This document shows positions 1 through 9,589 of a stretch of DNA of 32,140 nucleotides, piece by piece. The stretch is from Asterionella formosa (Eukaryota), in the NCBI GenBank assembly GCA_002256025.1, contig NKIB01000533.1, forward strand, positions 1-32,140, given 5' to 3'. The notes under the pieces are model-generated. The model worked only from the letters and a program-made list of their open reading frames with translations, searched no databases and was not told the DNA's origin. Numbering within the stretch: the first letter of the stretch is position 1; the number at the start of each line of letters is the position of its first letter. Made by a program: the position numbers and the translations under genes.

Positions 1-1029
1 GATACTTGGCGTATTGCTATTCCTACATCATTATTGGATCCTATTATTAATTGGTATCATCAGATGTTAGCTCATGTGGGTATGACAAGATTAAATGCTA
101 CAATTGCTACACATTTTTATCACCCTACATTAAAAGCAAGAGTGGAACATATTGTAAGAGTATGTGAAGCATGTCAATGTACAAAATTACCTGGTACTGG
201 TTTTGGTGAACTTCCACCCAGGAATGCATTATTATTACCATGGTCAGAAGTCGCAGTAGATCTAATTGGTCCATGGAAGATAACAGTGGCTGCTCAAACG
301 ATTGAATTTCGTGCTCTAACTTGAATTGACACAGTCACCAATTTAGCAGAAATTTCACGTTTCACCAATAAAGCATCAGAATATATTGCAATGAAATTTG
401 AAAATGATTGGTTAGCCAGATATCCCCGTCCAGAACATTGTATACATGACAATGGGGGTTATTTTTTCTGGTGCTCCTTTCTTACACATGTTAGTATTGA
501 ATGGAATCAAAGATGTGTGACTACTATAGTAAAGAATCCACAAGCAAATGCTATCTGTGAATGTTTACATCAATCTATCAGCAATAGTCTACGAGTTATG
601 TTAAAGGCTCATCCTCCAATCAATGAAGTTCAAGCCCAAAATATTGTGGATACATGTTTTGCAGCTGCGTCATATGCAGCTCGAGCTACTATTCATAGTA
701 TATTACGTATTTCACCAGGAGCATGGGTTTTTCAACGTGATATGATATTAAATATTCCTTTGATTACAGATTTACAATTAATACATCAACGTCGACAAGT
801 GATAATTGACGAACGTTTACGTCGTGCTAATTTCCGTCGTCGATCTTATGATTACAAAGTGGTTGACGAGATTTTAATATTGTTGGATAATCCTACTACT
901 TTGGATGATCGTGGACGAGGTCCTTATGCTATTATTCAAGTACATGCCAATGGTACAGTTACTTTTCAACGCACTATGCACATTACCGAACGAATTAATA
1001 TTCGTCGTATCAAATCTTTTCATAGGTAA
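1..1029 (+). pseudogene. Degenerate Ty3/Gypsy pol, integrase portion (zinc-binding HHCC, rve core, C-terminal GPY/F region); truncated by the window start
   Basis: Motifs YHQMLAHVG...CEACQ, PWSEVAVDLIGPW, WLARYPRP..CIHDNGG, KNPQANAICE and RGPY.I.QVHANGTV. In-frame TGA at 322-324 (ALT*IDTVTNLAE). Two compensating frameshifts near 465 and 517 (the alternative frame reads SGAPFLHMLVLNGIKDV). Confidence 0.9.
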
Positions 1030-1055
1030 AAGGTTTTCCCTCAAGTGTGGGAGAG

Positions 1056-1250
1056 TGAGCAATCCTGCACATCGATAGGGAAATATATAGAGTTAGGGTT
1101 ATATCAAATATATCGGAATTCAATAATGAGAGAACCCGACTAACATCCATTCTATACTTTGATGTCAGTTCAGGAAATGAGTTGTACATAAGGATTAATT
1201 AATAAGCTCATATATTCAACAAATACTACTACTTCTAGTTAGATACTTCA
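1056..1250 (+). mobile_element. Probable 3' LTR of the Gypsy element
   Basis: Purine tract GGGAGAG (1049-1055) shortly after the pol stop, followed by TGAGCAATC. Candidate end GATACTTCA at 1250 gives TG...CA with an imperfect terminal inverted repeat. Alternative ends at 1210 or 1221 cannot be excluded because the 5' LTR is outside the window. Confidence 0.55.
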
Positions 1251-2195
1251 CCTTATACCGGGTACCTGGTACACTGGTACCGGTAGGTCGAAATGCGCAT
1301 AGGTACACATAGTACAACGGCATGTAGCTCCTACGGGCAAGCCGATGGTAGTATGTGGTACTGGTTTAGCAGAATAATACTGTACGCAAACGAGCGGCGC
1401 GAGAGAGATCTTCAACGGTCATTCCGGGGCAGTACTGGAGCGCGCAAGAGTAGGCGACACATATTTCAACACGGTATGTACCAGGTACCTGGTACCTACC
1501 GGTACTCCCTGCCTCGGCTAAATACGTATGTAGCACTAAACGGTTTTCCGTGTAATTCGAGTACATGGCGAGCATTAGCTATCGGTACTACCGGTAGTAC
1601 GTATAACAAAATTGATCATGTAAACATACATACTTCTAGCGGTGTGTTAAAAAATTTATATACAGTAGTCGCAATATTTTGGATCATGAATAAATAAATA
1701 AATAGTCTGTAAGTGAGTGTGTGTGAATATTATATACAAATGCCTGTACACAAACATTTCTGCCTTCATGTGCTATGCATTAAATTATGTCATGTGTGTT
1801 TGAGTTAACTATTCCTCGTGGATGGATAAGTTCAATCTCTTCCCGACTTTTGATTGGCTAGAAGGTGAAATCACCGTTAGAATAATTTGCAACTGACACT
1901 ATACCTTGTACCGCGTGGTGTCTTTTGTCAACGACGACACGGAAATTTGGAGAACCACCTCCAAAACATTAGAGCCCATGATAATTACCGGTATGCGGTA
2001 CATACCCGAATATATACCTGCATAACCGTAGTAGGTACTGGTTCTATACAGATATCACATAGACATCAAATTCCCAAGCAAGCATAAAAACAAACGACAA
2101 AACCACGTGCATTCGAAACAAGACGTGGACATTACCTGCACCATCAGCAACAGCAGAGCAGAGTAAAAATAATCAAACGGCAAGTCAAATTGACG

Positions 2196-5100
2196 ATGCC
2201 GCCTTCTTCTAGCCCGTCTGTTCCATTGAGGCGTTCAGTAGCGGATGTCGACAGTGAAGAAGATGAGCGAACTAACGATTTGGCAGCAATGGTTGAAAGG
2301 CTGAAACTATCATCAGTTGACTATAGTGATCTTGCCAAAGTCTTTCAGCAAAAGTTGGACTTTGTCAATGAGGACGAAGCGTTATTTCTTGTGAAGTCTC
2401 TCCGAGAATTCAAATTGAAGAATAATGAAATACATGTCGCAAGCACAAGAGAACAGGAAGATTCGAAGGAAAACGATGTCACGCAATCAGGGCCGACAGT
2501 GCCTTCTCCCTCGTTGAAGCGGTTACCAGTTCCAGACCGACAGTCCGAATTGCATCCAAAATCGTCGGTGTCCAGAACACCTCCACGCTCGACTAGAAAG
2601 GCTCCGAAGCCTTTGGAATTGAATGATCGAAAGGGATTATCTCCTTCAAGGGGCCGGACCCTTCTTTCGCCCTTTCGACGCAATTCGGTGACAAGATCTG
2701 GCGATCAGCCAGCGAGATCCCAGTCCCCATTTCGGTTTCTTTCGTCCATGCGTAGTCAGGCGACGAGTAAAGAACAAAAGGATGAAACAATAAATGGATC
2801 GTTTCAGACGGAAGCGCACAAAGCGACTGCCGCCCCGAATAAGCCTGACAGCCTCAGGCGCACGCCTCAAAACCATGTCCCTCCGACGCCGTCGCTCTTT
2901 ACACCAGAAGATTCCATAAAACCGAGTTCTATGAATACGTTCCCCTCGCCTCCATCATGTGATTTCACTCCGTCTCCAGGGAACACGTCAACAATAACTG
3001 GCTTGGTAAAAGATACTTCGTGTGTAACTGGAGCCCATAAGAATAGAAGGACAACGGCGACACCATATGGGTTGAGCGCGTCTGCTGCTTCGTTGGAGTC
3101 TCAATTTCAATCCGAAACTAAATTTGTTGCATCTGCGACAAATATACAGGATGCTGCGCAGCATCCATCTGCTCCGTTCACGGCTCATCCAGAGGATATC
3201 CGGTTTCACATGGGAGGAATGAGTGCAAGAAAGAACCATCGAATGTTCAAAATAAAGGCAAAGCGTCCGAAAAGTAAGATTCCTACACAAACGGTCAATG
3301 ATGTTTTTTCGAAGGCAAATATTGCAGTTCCGATTAGCGTACCAGTACCGTTGGCACAAAATTCCACAACGCCACTGGCTGATACACGCACTAGTAGCGG
3401 GATGTTTTCACCCATGGACCATGACCTTGATGAGGAATTGCATATGGAGTATCAGCAACCGGAGGTGCAGCCTTTCTTGCAAGATGTACAGGTGAAATTC
3501 AACATTGGTTCAAGCGACAAGATCACATCCCCATCAAAGGCTCGATCCCGACGAATGGTTGGACGAAAGGCATGCGGCAATTTGGCGACAACAGGACGAC
3601 GGGTCCCACAAAAACTATCGCATTTGCAAAGTCAATCTATTAGCACTTCGGTTTCAAGCGAATCCGTGGCGACATCTTTGAGCGACCAAACAGATTCCAC
3701 TGCGGCATCGACAAGTGGCACAGACGTCTGTCAAGAAGGGCGTATAGCTTATGTAAAGTCTTTGCGCGAAGAAGGTCGAAGCTTTTACATGCAGGAAGAT
3801 TACAAGTCATCTGTCTTGTGTTACACCAAGGCGCTGGGCATACACTGTCAAGGTTGTACTGATGAACAAGGCGTCGATGATGTTCGCGCTGTTTTGCTGG
3901 CAAACCGAGGAGCAGCTCTCATGATGGCGACAGCATATACTGCAGCAGTTCGTGATTGTATGGAAGCACTCAAATACCTTTCGTCCGGCATGGATAGCGA
4001 TCGAAGTCTTCCTTTAGATGGAGGACCATTATTGAAGTGCAAGGTATTGATCCGTTTAGGGCGAAGCCTAGTGAAGCTTGGAGAGTTGGAACATGCGGAA
4101 AAAGCCTTTGAAATGGCCGGTGAAACAGAGGCGATTGCTCGTTCCATAGTCAAAGTAGGGCAAACTAATGAATCGTATCTTAATCAAACTCTTACAGATG
4201 CTGTCATGGGCAAGGAGGAAGCAAGGCGATGTCGCGACCTTGTCTATCAGTTGCAGTTGCTTGGCATGACTTCATTGAACTCTCCAACACAAGAATCGCG
4301 CAGAATCAATATACAGGCATTGTCACTGGTTAACACGGCACTTAGTATGTCATCTGGGTCCCATAACTTGCATTCAATGCAGATTGCTATTCTTGCAGCC
4401 CTCAAAAGGTGGCGAGAGGTGGCAGGATGCTGTGAGCGTCTTGCCGCCGAGCAAACGCGCTTCGATGGTGCTTTGATAGGAGATCTCGAGAGCGAAAATC
4501 CCTTTCCTGGTGTTCCGTTGGCTGTGACACTGGATCCGAAATTTTTTGAGGGTGACGATTTCAAAGTGAGGAAGCTCTCATCCAAAAAAGCTGTGGTGGA
4601 AGTTGCGCTTAGACTACCTCCTGAGGTTCTTCCTTTTTATGTCAGAGCGTTGAGGCTGGAGGAGCGCTATCAATTGGCCGTTCCTGTCATTGCTGAACTG
4701 GAATTGCGATTGAGCAATGGCTCTGACAACTCTAAATGTGTCTCTTGGCTCCCTCAGGAAAAAAGCAAACTCGAGCGAACGCTGAAACTTAAAGATGAGG
4801 GTGATAACTTATACGTCAACGGAAAGTACGCTGATGCAATGAAGATCTATTCGACGTGTCTGCTGATAGATGGTGAAGGACATCTGGAAGTTGGGTCATC
4901 TGAAGGTTCCAATGGGGGTGGGAAGTTGCATGCTGTCTTGCATTGCAACCGTGCTGCGTGCTATATGTCACTGTCAAATTATACTGAAGCTATAAAAGAT
5001 TGTACCGCCGCACTTCGTATTCACACGCATTATATGAAGGCGATGCTCCGGAGATCACGGTGCTATGTGAGACTTGTGCGCTTAGATGAAGCAATCGCTG

Positions 5101-5774
5101 AATATAATCACTATATTGAACTCGTCATTCAACATCAGAAGGATGGTGTGCACGAACATACATCATGCTTATTTGATGGTCCTAAGGAAGTGACAGCTGA
5201 CATTTTGGGTGCGGTCAAGAAGGAATTGAGTGATGTGAAACAATCGAAGGAGGCCCAAGAGGAAGCAAGGCGTGAAGAGCAAGCTCGTACTGAAGAGCGC
5301 CGTAAATGGTATAGCGAAGCTTTTGGGAAAACGAAACCCGGTAACGATGCCAAAAGCCGTCGGGATCAGTGGTACAATCAACAAGGCACGAATGATTCCC
5401 GACATTGGGATTCTTTCAATGGCCGGGGACCTCATCCAAACAGTAGGTCAAGTTGGCGTCAATATTCTGAGTCTAATAGCGAGGAACGTCGTCAGGATGA
5501 ACCGAGGAGCAATAGCGGTATAAGGTTACCATCAAGTCCAGGATCAGACACTTCCAAGAATCACTATACAATTTTGCAGATATCTCCCACCGCTTCTGAA
5601 GCTGACATCAAGAGAGGATACCGACAGATGGCGTTGAAATACCACCCCGATAAGAATCAAGATACCAGCGCGTCAGACATGTTCCGTCGGATCAAGCTGG
5701 CATATGATGTGCTGAGCAATCCCACATCTCGGCGTCAGTATGATGTGGAGATCAGAAGCACCCGAAGATTTTGA
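2196..5774 (+). CDS. TPR-repeat + C-terminal DnaJ-domain co-chaperone (DNAJC7/TPR2-like) with a long Ser/Pro-rich disordered N-terminus
   Basis: Single ORF, first ATG at 2196 (the track starts at a TTG). TPR motifs LREEGRSFY...LLANRGAALM and LKDEGDNLY...LHCNRAACYM...AIKDCTAAL. J-domain NHYTILQIS...ALKYHPDKN...AYDVLS with an intact HPD. Confidence 0.92.
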   Translation: MPPSSSPSVPLRRSVADVDSEEDERTNDLAAMVERLKLSSVDYSDLAKVFQQKLDFVNEDEALFLVKSLREFKLKNNEIHVASTREQEDSKENDVTQSGPTVPSPSLKRLPVPDRQSELHPKSSVSRTPPRSTRKAPKPLELNDRKGLSPSRGRTLLSPFRRNSVTRSGDQPARSQSPFRFLSSMRSQATSKEQKDETINGSFQTEAHKATAAPNKPDSLRRTPQNHVPPTPSLFTPEDSIKPSSMNTFPSPPSCDFTPSPGNTSTITGLVKDTSCVTGAHKNRRTTATPYGLSASAASLESQFQSETKFVASATNIQDAAQHPSAPFTAHPEDIRFHMGGMSARKNHRMFKIKAKRPKSKIPTQTVNDVFSKANIAVPISVPVPLAQNSTTPLADTRTSSGMFSPMDHDLDEELHMEYQQPEVQPFLQDVQVKFNIGSSDKITSPSKARSRRMVGRKACGNLATTGRRVPQKLSHLQSQSISTSVSSESVATSLSDQTDSTAASTSGTDVCQEGRIAYVKSLREEGRSFYMQEDYKSSVLCYTKALGIHCQGCTDEQGVDDVRAVLLANRGAALMMATAYTAAVRDCMEALKYLSSGMDSDRSLPLDGGPLLKCKVLIRLGRSLVKLGELEHAEKAFEMAGETEAIARSIVKVGQTNESYLNQTLTDAVMGKEEARRCRDLVYQLQLLGMTSLNSPTQESRRINIQALSLVNTALSMSSGSHNLHSMQIAILAALKRWREVAGCCERLAAEQTRFDGALIGDLESENPFPGVPLAVTLDPKFFEGDDFKVRKLSSKKAVVEVALRLPPEVLPFYVRALRLEERYQLAVPVIAELELRLSNGSDNSKCVSWLPQEKSKLERTLKLKDEGDNLYVNGKYADAMKIYSTCLLIDGEGHLEVGSSEGSNGGGKLHAVLHCNRAACYMSLSNYTEAIKDCTAALRIHTHYMKAMLRRSRCYVRLVRLDEAIAEYNHYIELVIQHQKDGVHEHTSCLFDGPKEVTADILGAVKKELSDVKQSKEAQEEARREEQARTEERRKWYSEAFGKTKPGNDAKSRRDQWYNQQGTNDSRHWDSFNGRGPHPNSRSSWRQYSESNSEERRQDEPRSNSGIRLPSSPGSDTSKNHYTILQISPTASEADIKRGYRQMALKYHPDKNQDTSASDMFRRIKLAYDVLSNPTSRRQYDVEIRSTRRF

Positions 5775-6165
5775 AAAAACTTGCAAAATGTTGGCAATGA
5801 ACTGATACTTCAACTAGAATAGCCAGTTTGGAGCACAAATAGAGGACTAAAATAAAGAAAATTCCAAATCTTTTACTGGTCTTTGTATCGTCTTATTTCT
5901 ATCGACACCCTCCTACGATGCTCAGTAGACAAATGTATTTGAGGCCTTTGGAACTGAAAGAAGTCCCAGTAGTGACCAAATGTGTTAAAACGTATTTTCT
6001 TATTTCTTCCGGAGCCTGAAAATCCCTCAATAGCTGTAGGTCGCCTTTATCAACACTGCCGACGGTGCATTTAGTACCAGGTATTAAGAAACAAAAATGC
6101 AAAAAAGGAGTCAGCGTTTCCGTGGGCAACTTGCTAAATGGGAAATAAGTATTGATAAGTAATCT

Positions 6166-7929
6166 TTACCAAAACTTAAGTCCTGCCTTATCTAGCGCCG
6201 GGCTCTTATTGCAATTGTTCAGACTTGGCTTGTCTGAGTAGTGGCAAATTACTCTTGGCTCACTTGTGCAGCATTCCTGTATCACATTAGTACCTACTGA
6301 TTCTCCGTCGCATTGTTCATTGACATACCACATTCCCATTTGTTGCATGAACAAGACTTTGTTCTTCTTGTTATGTGTCCAGGACATGTGGAATATGTAC
6401 GGCTTTATATGACCATAAATAATCTGCTTCATGATTGATTTTTCGCGATGGTAGTGAAAGCCACCAGGAAGGAGTGGGCCGGAAACGGTCTTGACTCGTA
6501 GTCCATACAAGGAGGAATGTTCGGTGATGAGTTGAATGAGCGCTTGTTGATGTGATCCAGTGGCAGAAATTAAATCTGCATTGTACAACATGGAAATCAA
6601 GAGATATCTTGTTTTCGCATTGAACCTGACATAATAAAATCCAGAGTTCGCTGCGAAGGGAGCGAATCGGATACTGCGGGCGCCATCATCTTGAAAAATT
6701 ATATCAAACTTGGCGAACTCTGACGTTTTATCTTCAAAGAGCGGCAAAGGGTTTCGGTACCAAACAACATCCAAATCTTGAAATAGGACGTTATATCCAA
6801 AGGAATTAACCAATTGTACTGAACTTGCCTATAGTGAAGCAGCAGCTGGTCATTTTAGTTCTTGTATCAATATGGTGTAGGCATTACTCCATGACCTTAC
6901 CTTAACGAACATGATTTCGCGGAAAGTATGGTCTCCATATATTTTGGCTTCATCTATCGAAATCTTCGAAAAGTTCAATGAATCATGATATGCCGCCAAA
7001 CCTAATCCTATCGCAATATTGTATGTTTCCTTGTCGGTTACAAACACGAGAATGTTACTTATGTCAAAATTCTTGGCCCTTGCATTACAGACAAAATTGA
7101 TCAACAGATCGGCATGACCCAAGTTGGCAACCATCACAATGATAGTTTTGTTTGCATTAGCAACCCTTCTCACGATGGGTCTAAGTTCACTGCTAATCTG
7201 GGCGAAATTCTTCATATAAAGACTTAAAAAATTCCATCCCTTTCGGATAGCAGCTAGGCCCGGCACAGCGAATTCATCTTTCCCACTGGCCATTTGGCCT
7301 CTACTAACTGGTTTCAAAGGCAAGCTCATATCAGCTTTTTTCCCGTCTATTCTCATCCACTGATGAATGTGGAATGAACTGTACTGGCCAACAATGGCTA
7401 AGCACTGTGGCGCGTCCCATGCGGCTTTGGTGGAAACCACATGTAAGTTTTCACAGTTCTGTGTGGCGTCATCTACGTTCAATTTTGGGAACCCATCCCC
7501 ATCGTCGAATATTGTTTGCTCCCTTTGAGCAGTTGGTACTGACTTTTTGTTGTTGTAAATGATGAGGACTTCTGAATTCGCGGCCTCGTCCCGAAGTGAA
7601 TCTGGAAAACCCCCGTCGAATTTCTCTAGAAACTCTGTTCTTGTGGTTCGTGCTGCGCCAAATGCAAACCGAGACATTTCTGAAGGAAAGCGTGTTTGCC
7701 CCTTTTTAATATTTCCATCTCTTTTATTTGCAATATCTTGACGTTTGAGAATCGTTTGCGTCGCCGCCTTCAGCCTCCGTTCGACTATCGCATTGATCTC
7801 GTCTGTGGATTTACCATCATGTTGTATTCCCACCAAGACGCCCGCATAAAAGGCTGCTAGAACAAGAATAGCGGTTGATATCAGTGATATGGGACTACTA
7901 GAACGCTTGCTTCTTGATGTGGGTTGCAT
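6166..7929 (-). CDS. Nucleotide-diphospho-sugar transferase family glycosyltransferase (Nucleotid_trans/GT77-like), type II membrane protein; exons 7929-6901 and 6828-6166
   Basis: ATG at 7929, N-terminal TM segment (LISTAILVLAAFYAGVLVGI), DxD motif FQDLDVVW, ANSGFYYVR, HQQAL, FHMSWT. The two track ORFs join in frame via an intron AAG|GTAAGG...CTATAG|GCA, reading IMFVK-ASSVQLVNSFGYNVLFQD. Confidence 0.88.
6829..6900 (-). other. 72-nt spliceosomal GT-AG intron
   Basis: Minus-strand donor GTAAGG at 6900 and acceptor CTATAG ending at 6829. Phase 0; removal restores a continuous frame and removes the stop at 6850. Confidence 0.85.
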
Positions 7930-8581
7930 TGTTGCCGATACAGGAACAACAATAGAAATGCCAACCACTTCCCACTCCACCAATGCGTTGCTGAACTCCT
8001 GTTATCACTTCGAGTTACTGTTGTTATGAATCGCTGTCCTATCATGACGTAGATTTATCTGTCTGTCTGTTTGTCTGTGAACGCCTGTCTCGTGTTCTCG
8101 CTCTACTCTCTATCTTTACAAAACTCTAATCACTCTTTTAAGACAACCCCTTCCACATTCCTATTGAGCTTGTCAGGTTAGTTAATTCACTCAAACCACT
8201 CTCCTCCTCATCCTTCGTTCTCGTCGTCATTTGCTACCATTCCCCCTTTCACTGCAGGTTATGAGCCTAACTGTTTCCTAGCAAGAAACGAAATTGTTGA
8301 TTGTTAACTCGATCTCACCATCAGCGCCAATCGCAAAATCTCATTCGCATTCGATTGTTTTCACATCGTTCAACTGTCTGCTACATCTGTCTAGCTATAT
8401 AAAACATGTCAATTGTCAATTAAATTTTATAGTACATTAAAGCTATCCAATAATTGCACTCGGGCCCAAATAAATGGACACAATTAGTACCAGTTTTATT
8501 CGTCCATATGATACACCGGGACCTGTATTTTTGTCAGCAGCACCCCCGGAACCTTAGAAGGGACTATATGAAAAATATATG

Positions 8582-8645
8582 TGGAGAATGCAGAAATTGA
8601 ACCCTGTCTAGCTAGCTATATACTACAGACCACTACACAGCAGAA
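8582..8645 (-). pseudogene. Possible decayed tRNA(Ala)-like or SINE-head relic
   Basis: Minus strand reads TGTGTAGTGG (A-box-like)...GGGTTCAATTTCTGCATTCTCCA (T-arm plus a tRNA-Ala-like 3' acceptor strand), followed by a T5 run. No intact cloverleaf or anticodon arm. Confidence 0.3.
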
Positions 8646-9310
8646 GTAGACAATTGTTTTGAGTAATCTTTATCAAGCAAAGAGTGTTAGTATCTGACAG
8701 CATTCAAAAGTTGCTTCCTTTCCTTCGCAACACATCATCATCGGCTTTTTTCTTTTTCGTCATGAATCATTTTCATACCATCACACTTTTTTGGCTACGA
8801 AAATACTCTACTGAAAATGATCATCTGTGCACTAGTGTTTTATAAGTTCTGCTGGTACTAACACCAGGTACCACAATGCTGCTACCGGTCGTTTGTTCTC
8901 ATTAAATCAGATCTTCTGCTACGGATTTATTACACTACTCGATTGTCATTTGTAATCGCAAACCTATGCACTACTGTGTTGCAGTATTGATCTACAGTAC
9001 ATTGATAGCAGTTGCCAGCTAGGTGGTTTATCTAGCTAACTGGGCGTCATTCTCTTCAAGTGTGTATCAGAAGCACCATCCATGTACAGTAAGCAAGCAT
9101 ACAAAGCTTGTTCCGTGCAGTAGGCTACACTAGTACCTACTTAACGAAATAACTTCGACACAATTGCCGTCTTGTCTGTTTTGTCTTTCTCCCTATTAAA
9201 ACTGAGTAGTCGCTTTGTGAGTAATTCGCTCGAATATATTCAAGGGGTCACTAGAATACAAATTTTTCGAACCATAACTACTAAGTTGAAATAGTATAAT
9301 GATTTTTGAA

Positions 9311-9500
9311 GTCGGTGCTAAGTAGGAAACGTGATCCGTTTCCCCAACCCGTGTTTAGATCCGGCTCAAATCTCCGGGTTCTGCGGCAGTCGAGTTGCGC
9401 TTTGCCAAGGGAGGGACTTAGCTAGTGTGGGTGATTTGCTTTAGACTGTTTCTCTGAAAAGTATTCAAAGAATTGTGCGCTTCACCCACCATGCACTAAT
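9311..9500 (+). ncRNA. Candidate structured non-coding RNA (telomerase-RNA-like architecture; identity unconfirmed)
   Basis: Nested helices: 9317-23/9416-22, 9325-31/9337-43, 9346-51/9375-80, 9385-89/9402-06, 9427-34/9482-89. GC- and CpG-rich relative to its flanks, no ORF. Confidence 0.45.
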
Positions 9501-9589
9501 TCACTGATGTTAACCTGCCTCACGTGGTTGCTTTATTCCTCCCTTGCTTTAGCTGCCGACTCTTTGTTGTTTGATTCAACTCTAAAACG

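Noticed and set aside
1293..1697. 134-aa ORF after the Gypsy LTR
   Set aside because: Runs through the GTAC-palindrome chains and has no protein-like features.
2345..5523. Many short antisense or alternate-frame ORFs overlapping the large CDSs (also within 12131-14055 and 24563-27855)
   Set aside because: Shadow ORFs with no recognisable motifs, many with non-ATG starts.
8258..8268. GTTATGAGCC resembling a copia-type half-tRNA(iMet) primer-binding site
   Set aside because: Upstream sequence does not match the Copia LTR at 11273-11540 and no gag follows; a splice acceptor explains the context better.
9311..9500. Identification as U1 snRNA, RNase P/MRP, SRP RNA or a hammerhead ribozyme
   Set aside because: Lacks ATACTTACC and a downstream Sm site, the CR-I/CR-V motifs in proper positions, an SRP helix-8 motif, and the CTGANGA core.
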